Shown here piece by piece: positions 1-9,200 of a stretch of 64,000 bases of DNA. The translations under genes were made by a program, and so were the position numbers. The stretch is from a virus. The stretch is from the IMG/VR virus record IMGVR_UViG_3300035670_000141, positions 11,883 to 75,882 of that record; one strand, 5' to 3'. The notes beneath the pieces are model-generated. The model was given only the letters and a program-made list of their open reading frames with translations. It did no database searches and was not told where the DNA came from. Position 1 is the first letter of the stretch, and the number at the start of each line of letters is the position of its first letter.

Positions 1-693
1 CTGAAAATACTGAGCCACAATAGGCGACTTGTCCGCAATATCATCAAGCCACTTGGCTGGATCGACTGGCTTGCCGTCCTCAGTGATTGGATCACCATCA
101 CGATCAACTACCACTAGGTCATTAGTTTTGTTGTCCCATTTGAGATGTTTTTTTCCGTGAACATCCCACCATGCATCAAACGATGTTGTGCCTAACACGG
201 GATCAACTTCATCTAGTCCCTTATTTAGGCGAAAAATGGCTTGTGCTTTGGTTTGAGTTAACAAATCAATTCGAGCACGTTCGGCTATCTCGGCAGTTTG
301 CCTAGCAGCGCGAACTTCAGAATCAGCCTTCTCGCGAATGCGCTTTGTCGCCTCAGCAGTTTCTCTCTCTTGTCGATCAAGATCCTCCTTGAGTTTTGCA
401 GCCTGCGCTAGCGTTTGTTTATACAATTCAGGGTTGATATTAGCAACTTGCTTAAGTTGCTCCTTGAGTTGCGCTAATTCGCGTTCATGCTGCTTTCGCG
501 CTTGCCGTTCTCGGCGCAGCGCTTCCTTTCCGCTGTCTCCTAATGATTCGTCATCAAGATCACTACTTTCATCAATAGGTGCCTCAGTGTTGCCACCACC
601 GCCATCAGGTTGCTCGCTTGCTGGGGCGTCATCAATCCAGGGATTAGGTAGATCCTCGGCAAAGGGGAGTCTGTGTTGCCAAGAGAATTTCAT
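1..693 (-). CDS. Probable capsid scaffolding protein (runs off the window start)
   Basis: Manual translation MKFSWQHRLPFAEDLPNPWIDDAPASEQPDGGGGNTEAP...GKEALRRERQARKQHERELAQLKEQL. Acidic N-terminus followed by coiled coil is typical of scaffolds; preceded by the late-promoter motif at 733-744. Absent from the ORF track because it is truncated. Confidence 0.65.
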   Translation of the reverse strand, partial: MKFSWQHRLPFAEDLPNPWIDDAPASEQPDGGGGNTEAPIDESSDLDDESLGDSGKEALRRERQARKQHERELAQLKEQLKQVANINPELYKQTLAQAAKLKEDLDRQERETAEATKRIREKADSEVRAARQTAEIAERARIDLLTQTKAQAIFRLNKGLDEVDPVLGTTSFDAWWDVHGKKHLKWDNKTNDLVVVDRDGDPITEDGKPVDPAKWLDDIADKSPIVAQYFQ

Positions 694-748
694 GAAAAAA
701 TCGGTGAATCGCTCAGCCGATATAAGGGCTCTCTAGTTTTCCCGATCG

Positions 749-892
749 CTAACTTTTTACCTGTCTTATTGCTTCTTTGATTATGCGAGTTTCTTCGTCA
801 CGACTTTTTAACCGTGCTCTATTCGCAAGGGATAACAAGGCTGATATTTCTACTATTGAATCGTTTTCCGATTGATTGCTAGAGGTCTGCAT
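749..892 (-). CDS. 47-aa hypothetical protein resembling the N-terminus of the adjacent 429-aa protein
   Basis: MQTSSNQSENDSIVEISALLSLANRARLKSRDEETRIIKEAIRQVKS fills the gap and overlaps the upstream stop. Confidence 0.4.
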   Translation of the reverse strand: MQTSSNQSENDSIVEISALLSLANRARLKSRDEETRIIKEAIRQVKS

Positions 893-2168
893 AGTTAATA
901 CTAGAAAATGAGAATAATATGTTTTCATTGTATATCACTGTGGTATTCCCTACGCCGTTACTTGATTCACCTGGACTATCGGCATCTGGTCCTGCAGATG
1001 GCGCTTCAACTAAATAAAGTACATATAAAGATCCAAGCCTAATTTTAACATGATTTACTTGGTTAAACTGAGGCATCTCATACATGACAGTAAACAACCC
1101 TCTTAGCGATAGCGGAAGACTATTGGTATTTATGAGCTTAATACCTGTTCCAGATCTACCTGGCAACCGTATTCCAGATTCATAAGAAATTGTCCCTATT
1201 GTTTCATTTGAATAATAAGTAGTCCTGGAAATTAAAGATAAATATGATGTAGAAGCAGCAATTTTAGCGATTGTTCCATTGATTGAAACTGAATTGATTA
1301 AGTCAAACAATTGTGCGTCACTATTACCAGTGTCTACTGTTATAGCAGTGTCGGTCTGCATTACTAATTCATTGCTATTTTGATCGAGTACAAAATAACT
1401 ACTGACGCCATTTCCTGAGCCCTTGTAGGATCCTGTAGATTTATATGTCATATAAAAATACACTTTTTTAGTGGTTGAAGTTGGTGCAAACAGTGAAATA
1501 TCTACTGAATAATTATTTGCACTATTACTTGATTCACGAGAAGAAAAAGCTGTGGAAAAATTTTGCGTACCTGCAATCGAATGTTTTAATAGTATTTCTA
1601 ATTTAGATCGTGCATCCGTAACAATTTCAATGAAGCGTGGCTGTGTTTTTTGATCATTTATTTCTGATTCCGATAATTGAACTTCGTATGGACTAGGCTT
1701 TAATTCTCCCAGATTCTCTATACTATCGGTTTTATCGACATAAGCAATAGGTTGTTTTGTTATTGGAAACAAAAAATATAAAAACTGTTTGTAATAACGC
1801 TTTAGCATGTCAGTGCTTTTTGACACTGCTATTGTATAGTTGTATTCTTGGCTGAATACTTTTCTCCACAAAGCTAGACCTACAAGGGATATACTGCCGC
1901 TTTCATTTCCAATTGATTCTACAATTACCCAAGAAAATGGGGTTTCACTTGATTTTGGAAGTGATGCGGTTAGGCTTGGATATTCATTCACCGCACGTTG
2001 TTGCTCTTCAATGATTTGTTGATTTGCAACAATAGGATCGCTCAGTATCTTATTGTTGATCTTGTTTTGTCGTTCTCTAATTGATAACTTATTCCTATTG
2101 GCAGCCTGAGTAATTCTTGCCGCTTCCAGCAATTCAGGCGGAAGATCGATGCCAATTTTTGTGGTCAT
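879..2168 (-). CDS. Hypothetical virion/tail-region protein
   Basis: 429-aa ORF coupled to the upstream tail gene. Confidence 0.6.
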   Translation of the reverse strand: MTTKIGIDLPPELLEAARITQAANRNKLSIRERQNKINNKILSDPIVANQQIIEEQQRAVNEYPSLTASLPKSSETPFSWVIVESIGNESGSISLVGLALWRKVFSQEYNYTIAVSKSTDMLKRYYKQFLYFLFPITKQPIAYVDKTDSIENLGELKPSPYEVQLSESEINDQKTQPRFIEIVTDARSKLEILLKHSIAGTQNFSTAFSSRESSNSANNYSVDISLFAPTSTTKKVYFYMTYKSTGSYKGSGNGVSSYFVLDQNSNELVMQTDTAITVDTGNSDAQLFDLINSVSINGTIAKIAASTSYLSLISRTTYYSNETIGTISYESGIRLPGRSGTGIKLINTNSLPLSLRGLFTVMYEMPQFNQVNHVKIRLGSLYVLYLVEAPSAGPDADSPGESSNGVGNTTVIYNENILFSFSSINYADL

Positions 2169-2587
2169 CAGATCGGACTAACTGTAATGTCATTTGCAAG
2201 AAGTCTTATCTTATACGGTTGGCTAACGCCTGGCGCAAGTGTAATGGTTGATGGTTCAATAAATAAACCACTTATTGATGTGCTTGTCCCAAACACAAGA
2301 TACACTCTATTATAGCTAAAGCCACTGCCTGATGCCGTGAAAGTAGCGGTAATTTCAGGCGATTGAAACATTGCGATAGTATTGTCATAACTCCCGGCGC
2401 CAGGAGTGAATGAATACCTAGCATAACCATTTGTCGATGGTAGCTCAACCGCGTCCCATTCTGCTGTTGTTGAATTAACTGTTAGGCTGCTATCAAAGGC
2501 CAGACATAGCCTGGCAGGAACGTTTTGATACGCTAAACTATAAGCTCTTCCTAATTCAAAGTTGCTCCACTGAAAAACAGATGCCAT
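2168..2587 (-). CDS. Minor tail protein (tail-fibre N-terminal/adaptor-like)
   Basis: ELPSTNGYARY motif, beta-rich, lies in the tail cluster. Confidence 0.55.
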   Translation of the reverse strand: MASVFQWSNFELGRAYSLAYQNVPARLCLAFDSSLTVNSTTAEWDAVELPSTNGYARYSFTPGAGSYDNTIAMFQSPEITATFTASGSGFSYNRVYLVFGTSTSISGLFIEPSTITLAPGVSQPYKIRLLANDITVSPI

Positions 2588-2616
2588 TTTACTAATCCTT
2601 TGTGCTAATTTTCCCG

Positions 2617-5469
2617 TTATGGGTTGGGGAATGACGTGGGGGGAGTGAAGTTTTCTGTATAAACTTCGTCAAGCGTGATTCTGATCGGTCCTATCCTACC
2701 ACTAAAATCATAATCAGAGAACATTAGCCCATTAGGATCAAATCGTCCAATTGATAACTTATCAGGCTGAGCACCACCAATAGATGTGCCAGTAGTTGGG
2801 ATATATTCATCACCCAAAACACCATCAATGTACGTCTTAAGTTCATCGGTGCTTCCATTGTAAACCATAGCAAAATGCACCCTAGTATTTGCAACGGCTT
2901 GGATGCCGATAGAATACAAATCAGGAACACCAACCGCCCAGTTTCCTTCTGATATGCCTAAATTAAAGAAATCAAGAACCGATCCAGTAGTGTTCAGCAA
3001 TGATAAAATTCCTAGCGTATTAAATTCATCTATATTGGTACCATCAGGTGTCAAGAATCCTTCTATTGTCCACCTATCATTAGTGCCATCCGGTAGTGAC
3101 AACGCTGATCCACTGGCCAATAAATAATCACCATTTCCATCTAATAAAAGCTCGTTATTGTTGATTTGTGCATTTCCGTATGCTGTTACGGGGATTGCAT
3201 TAGCGCTTAGATCAGTGAATGTTGTACTACCATTGCTTCCGGTCATTTGTAGCAAGAATACAATTGATAGTGTGCTTTCTGGATCACCTTGTATTGCCCC
3301 TACTTGCACGCCACCAACAAGATACCTTGTCTCCAATTCGGGCGCTGTCATGACGCCAACATTCACGCCACCATAAAGGTAGATCGCCAAATTATCACGA
3401 GGCATGGCTTCAATTGTTGCACCAATGTTTACACCACCATCTAGAAATAGTGTCTCACTATAGGGTTGAATTATTGCTGATGGATTCAATGTTGCGGCAA
3501 ATACTGGCGGTTGATTGGTCGGCAAAAGTGCAAACAATGTACTTAAATTTACATTCAACGGATCAAACCCTTCTGGGATTGCAATTGCATTAGGAGGAAG
3601 CGGATTATTGTTTGTTGTTACTACATTTAATGCTGGCAATGAAGATACGCCAGGAGCCAAGGGAAACCATGCGTTATTTATATTGCCATCAATTGCACCC
3701 CAAAACAAAGCATCAATTGACACCACAATTCCTTCAGTGCTTATAGTCCACGTCATTCCATTTACTCTATATGCTGCTGTGCAATCATTAAACCTAAGAT
3801 AAAACAAGTCAAACGGTGCTACCGGCGCATCAATTAGACGAATCTGTATCCCTGCTCCTGATCTATTTGCAAGTAATAATTTATTCTCGATTCGAGCATA
3901 ATTTAACGCTTTTTGCGGTGCATCTGATAGCGTTAAAGTCCATACAGTAGATCCATTAACAATAGTTTTTGTAAATTTATCATCTGGTGTATAAGGTGGA
4001 GATAATTCCAGCCTAGTTTGTGTTGTTGCCGATCCTGTATCCCATACAAAATTAGTTACTTGAACACTTGGCGGTTCTTTTTGATCTTGACTGCGATTAC
4101 GCTCTTGTTGACTTGGCCTACGTCTAAATCCAAATTCTCTCTCTGTTCTTATATTTATTTCGCTCCCATATTCAGTCAATGAACCCGCTATATTTAACAA
4201 TACAAACACATCCGTATCAAATGTGCTTTTTTGTATCGCATCACTTCCAAATGGTGTATTAACAAATGGTACAAAATTTCTTGTTGTTGTTTTTGTTATG
4301 CCGGATGTGACATCCCTATCAAATTCAACAATTCTTCTTGAGCTTATGTACGTCCCAAGAGCCCTAAAGTCCTGGACAGATCCTTCAAATCCGCATGATC
4401 CTGCAATATCAGCTCTCGGAGAAGTTTGCTCAAATGATTCTCTTATTACAATCGTATCATCAGGCTTAAGGACTTTTGGATATATTATATTACTACCTGG
4501 CGCAGCGCTGATTGGTGTTTTGTATTCATATTCTGTAGTGCCAATAGTTTGCCCCATCAAGCCGGTAGTGGTTTCAACCCTTTTAACTAACCTATCTTTT
4601 AGATCATAACTTGATACACTAACTCTTGATGTAGTAAATGTACCGCGTTCTATCTTGTCCGGTCCTGAATGAATATATTGCTGTATGCTTAAACTTTCTT
4701 CTCTTTCCCAATTGCGCTGCTTTATTTTGTTTTCATCATTTGCATTAGGGTCTGGTGGCTTAAGTTGTGTGGTTTGATATGATGCATAAACAGCTTCAGC
4801 CGGTAACTCGCCAATTGTTTGTGGTGTTAAATCTATGATTTGTTGTTCTGTCAGTAGTGGCGCAACAGCAAGGCCTTGATTCAAGGATATAAATACAACT
4901 TGTTCATCTTCATTCAATCTACAACGAAAACATTCTGATTCTGCAATTTTTGCTAATTCTTGGACATATCCAGCACTCAGGTCCCACTCATCTGCAATTC
5001 GTTGATTCGTGAATGGAATAGCGGATGCAGCAGTTAAGCCTAATTGTTCTAGTATTGCGCTCGTAACAAATGCGGCAGAAATAGTTAGTGTTCGATATGC
5101 TCTTTCTATCGCTGTTATTGCAGGATTTGATTCTGCTACATTTGGATTTTTTAATGGTGCTTTTCTGTTTTCAAAATATGCAAACTTACATCCGACTGAT
5201 ACTGTTGTGACGCCTCTTAGTGGATCTGCAAAGCTGCTTAACACACGTAACTTACGAGGGATGCGACTGATCCATCTTTGACCATCGCTCGCCGCTAGAT
5301 ATACTACATCACCCGGATTAGGGCGATAAAGACCCTGCAGGTTAATTGTGCCCGTAACTTTAATCACGCCGCCTCCAGACCCCTGTAGATAAGACTCAGA
5401 CAACGTCGAAGCGTCCGCCGATAAAGGCCCTAGATTGCACCATGCCCATGATCTGGTATCAACAGCCAT
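2617..5469 (-). CDS. Tail tip/hub-like protein with C-terminal LamG (concanavalin-A-like) domain
   Basis: 950 aa, downstream of tape measure; C-terminal LLQMTGSNGSTTFTDLS...LLLDGNGDYL...WTIEGF...HFAMVY is a typical phage LamG module. Confidence 0.7.
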   Translation of the reverse strand: MAVDTRSWAWCNLGPLSADASTLSESYLQGSGGGVIKVTGTINLQGLYRPNPGDVVYLAASDGQRWISRIPRKLRVLSSFADPLRGVTTVSVGCKFAYFENRKAPLKNPNVAESNPAITAIERAYRTLTISAAFVTSAILEQLGLTAASAIPFTNQRIADEWDLSAGYVQELAKIAESECFRCRLNEDEQVVFISLNQGLAVAPLLTEQQIIDLTPQTIGELPAEAVYASYQTTQLKPPDPNANDENKIKQRNWEREESLSIQQYIHSGPDKIERGTFTTSRVSVSSYDLKDRLVKRVETTTGLMGQTIGTTEYEYKTPISAAPGSNIIYPKVLKPDDTIVIRESFEQTSPRADIAGSCGFEGSVQDFRALGTYISSRRIVEFDRDVTSGITKTTTRNFVPFVNTPFGSDAIQKSTFDTDVFVLLNIAGSLTEYGSEINIRTEREFGFRRRPSQQERNRSQDQKEPPSVQVTNFVWDTGSATTQTRLELSPPYTPDDKFTKTIVNGSTVWTLTLSDAPQKALNYARIENKLLLANRSGAGIQIRLIDAPVAPFDLFYLRFNDCTAAYRVNGMTWTISTEGIVVSIDALFWGAIDGNINNAWFPLAPGVSSLPALNVVTTNNNPLPPNAIAIPEGFDPLNVNLSTLFALLPTNQPPVFAATLNPSAIIQPYSETLFLDGGVNIGATIEAMPRDNLAIYLYGGVNVGVMTAPELETRYLVGGVQVGAIQGDPESTLSIVFLLQMTGSNGSTTFTDLSANAIPVTAYGNAQINNNELLLDGNGDYLLASGSALSLPDGTNDRWTIEGFLTPDGTNIDEFNTLGILSLLNTTGSVLDFFNLGISEGNWAVGVPDLYSIGIQAVANTRVHFAMVYNGSTDELKTYIDGVLGDEYIPTTGTSIGGAQPDKLSIGRFDPNGLMFSDYDFSGRIGPIRITLDEVYTENFTPPTSFPNP

Positions 5470-6206
5470 CAGCGTATTTTAATGATTTTTAAGTTTACAT
5501 CATACGTTGTATTTCCAAACCTAGTCTTAGCTACAGGCTTTTGATAACTCACGGGGAACCATGTATTAACTGCTGGTGTTGATGCCGTTACGGTATTGAT
5601 CCATGTTTCAAGATTGTTCTTATTTGTTTCTGTAACCCATCCTTCAATTTCCTTTGATTCTTGTAATGTTAACTTTCCTGTAATCACATGCACGCCTGCA
5701 GGATTGCGCGTTGGTTGTGGTAACTCATCAAATGTAACGGGATAACTTAATAGGTTAATTACAGCGGTTCCAAGTGTAATTGTACCTAAATTCATTCCAT
5801 CTTCATCTGTATCATCACGCTCTTCTAATAAAACTTGAAGCGCTTGTGTTGCATCAACAAAATCAACAGATACCCTAACAAAAATACCTGCATCTTGTAT
5901 CCTTGGGGCATTATCAATCCAACATGCTTTATTTATCCACGAAAACCCAACACCAGATCCCGAAACCGCAACGGTCGCACCAAGCGCACCAGTTTTTTGT
6001 GGATCTTCTTCCGTGATCTTTACGTTTCTCCATGCTCTGAATAAATTCAGTAATGCTTCAGCATCTGCCCTTAACATAAATCCTTCTATTGACAACACTT
6101 CTGATGTGCGTCCACGTCTTGTATTTGCTTCATTAAAGCTAAATGGAGCCTTAACTAAGCGATCTTGTATTTCTACCGTATGAGTAGAATAGCTAACCGT
6201 AATCAT
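5469..6206 (-). CDS. Distal-tail-like minor tail protein
   Basis: Immediately after tape measure; start reassigned to MITVSYS (6206). Confidence 0.55.
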   Translation of the reverse strand: MITVSYSTHTVEIQDRLVKAPFSFNEANTRRGRTSEVLSIEGFMLRADAEALLNLFRAWRNVKITEEDPQKTGALGATVAVSGSGVGFSWINKACWIDNAPRIQDAGIFVRVSVDFVDATQALQVLLEERDDTDEDGMNLGTITLGTAVINLLSYPVTFDELPQPTRNPAGVHVITGKLTLQESKEIEGWVTETNKNNLETWINTVTASTPAVNTWFPVSYQKPVAKTRFGNTTYDVNLKIIKIR

Positions 6207-6208
6207 GG

Positions 6209-9200
6209 TTAAAACCCTCCTGTAGTGCGTAATAACCTTGCATTGCTTGGAATAGGTACCGTAATACTCCAATCCTTAGATGCTAATTTATCAATGCTTT
6301 TTTGTAACTTACCCATGGCTAAAGTTTGTCTCATCATCCTATCAGTTATATCGCCTGACATGCCAATAGAATAAGCAATGCGATCTAATCTACCGCCGGT
6401 ACCGGCTGATCCCCTGCCCGACCCACCTGGCAGTAGACCAGCGCTTGCTAAGTATTCTGATACATTCGCAGGGATAACCATACCTTTTGATGGTGGTCGC
6501 CAAAGTGAATTTGCTGGGCGGTTAATCCATGATAATTGGCCAGAGTCAGACAGGAAGCTTTCTCTTCCTATTTCATTGATAATCCAATCTTTATTTGGTG
6601 TCACATCCCCACCCGCAAAACGAGCACCACCTAAATTAACAAGTTCAGAGAATACATTATTCCTTCTTGATTGTTGATTCATCAGCAAGTTATCGCGTTC
6701 TATCCTATTGATTTGCTGTAATGTTTTTAACTTTTCATTTTGAAATTTAACATCCATTGAACTTAAATTAAGCGCTTCCTCTTGTATTTTTGCCATGTCC
6801 ATTAGCTCCTTTCTTTCTTGTGCTGCAAGGTTTGGATCTTTACTCTTTGCAAGTGTTCTTTTTAGTTCAATTGCAGCTTGATAATTTAAGAACCTAGATT
6901 GAGCAGATCTTGATTCTTGATCTATAATCGCCATTCGCTGCTTAAGATCTAAAGATACCATTTCAATTCTTTCTTGCTCCTGCAAGCCAGCTAGCTCAAT
7001 CTCCTTGGCCCTGATCGCTTCCTTGGATGCTCTATTTTTTAGGCTTGCGATATAAGCTTCTTGCCGTGCGATTTGATTAGAAATTCCAACGCGATCATCC
7101 TTGCCGTTTGTTTTTTCTAATCCTGATTGCAGGCTAGAAAGTACAGCCTGAGCATCTGCAATATCACGATTGATAAATGCACCACTCACGGCAAATTCAG
7201 ATCTTATCAATTCTTGACGTGCCCTTATTTGTTCTGTAATTGCTTGAACAAGTTGCATCTCAATATCATACCCATTCTTTGATTGCTCACGACTTTGATT
7301 TTCTATATCAAGTCGTTTTGACGCAAGATCAACCATTGTTGAATAAGACTCAACTTCACTTGCAATTTGTTCACTTACGGCCTTTGCCGTGGCAAGTCTA
7401 TTTTCCGCAAGTGACTTATCTAAACTTGCGATTTGCGCTCTTAATCCTAATCCTTCTTGTGATTCAGGATCAACAAGTGCAAGTTGCCGCTGCTTTGATA
7501 CTTTTTCTCTTTCTATTGCAACTCGATCAATATAACGTAACTCATTTTCATATTGTTGTGTCGTAATCTCTTTTTCTGCTAAGCGGTTAGAAACAATTGC
7601 AAGGTATTCGGCTTTTTGCACTTGAATTAACGACAATTCCTTTTCTAAGGATGCTTGCCTGCTTTGTTCAATTAGTGGAATTTTCTTCTCTTCAATCTCC
7701 GTCAGTTGTGCTCGCAATGATGTAGTGCTTTCGCGCTTAGCTTCACGTGCAGCAATTTCATTTAACTTTGCTAATTTCTCTGCTTCTAATTGTTGCAATT
7801 GAACGAGCCTTATGTTTTCTTCCGCTTGAGACTTAGTAATCTTTCCTGCGGCCAGTTGTTCAGTTGCTGCGGCTTTTGTGCCCTCAACTAATTTTTTGTA
7901 AAACTCAAGTTGAGTAATGGACTTATCCTTTTCTGATTCTGCAACTTTATTGATCCTATCTGCATTGCTGATTTGCTCTTTTTGCAGCTTAAGTCTTTCA
8001 TTTGTCAAGATAAGTAGATCTTTCTCTAGTTCATTGCGTTGTTGTGCCGTTAGATTAGTATTTTCTAACTGGCGTTCAATTGCAGCCTGAGCAAGCAATA
8101 CTTCTTCGGAATTTACATCAACTTTTATCCTGGCTTTCAATCCTTCTATCCTTTGCTGTATCACGCCTAATTCTTTATCAATAGCTGTCCTATCAGTCTT
8201 TGCGGTAATTGGTAGCTTTGTCGCAGCAAGTTTTAATTCATTCACTTTATTGCTTAACTTTTGTATTTCTGTCGCGTCTCTTTTTGCGGCTTCTCCTACG
8301 ATATTTTCTATCTTTCCCCTCTCAATTTCTTTGTAAATATCACGAATCCTCTCAGCGGCTTCAATTTGGGCAAGTTGTAATGATTCGCCCGCTTCACCTG
8401 TTTTTGTGCCATAAAACGAAGGCACTGCCGATGATATTCCTTGCACAATACTAGATTGCTTCATCAGCATTGACGGCAAGATCAATGGAAATACAATCGG
8501 GATTGATTGATCCTTAACAGTATTGGATGGTCTACCACCAAATGCAGCTGGGCCACCAAGTTGCCAATTTGCCTTTAACTTACTTCTTAGTTCTTCAACT
8601 TGACTTTCAGCTTTTTGCAGATCTAATTTTATCTCCAAGGGTCCCTTAAGCGATTGCAGTTTTACTGATAATTTTTCAATGCGATCTTCGGCTATTTTAG
8701 TATCAAGGCCAAGCTCTTTTCCTTCTTCTACTTGTGATTGCAAAGATGTAATTTCATCCTCAAGACCCTTTGTTTCTTCACTTAATTTTCTTACTTCATC
8801 GCTTGTAATTTTGATCTGTGATCCTATACCAGCATAAGCAGCAATGCCAGCGCTAAGGCTTAAAATTGCCGTCAAAATAGGTGGCACCTTAAATGTGCTT
8901 AATGTTCTAAATGTTGCAACTGCAGCAGCAAGGCTTGTCATCGTTTGCAACAATGATCTTGATGCCTCGTCTGTTTCTTTTATTGCTCCTGTAAATACAG
9001 CTAATGCGGCGGCGGCGCCAATTACGAGAGTTGCAGTTCCACCTATTGATGCCACACTAGCAGCGGCCATTTTTGCGTTTGACGCTAACAATGCCCACCC
9101 ACCTGTTTGGCCAACAACTAGATTTAACGCACCTAGTCCCACGGTAGCAGCCGCTGCCGCGCCAGCTAGCACCACTAATGCAGCTACTGTGGTTTTCACA

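Noticed and set aside
338-736. Plus-strand 132-aa ORF
   Set aside because: Antisense shadow of the minus-strand scaffold gene
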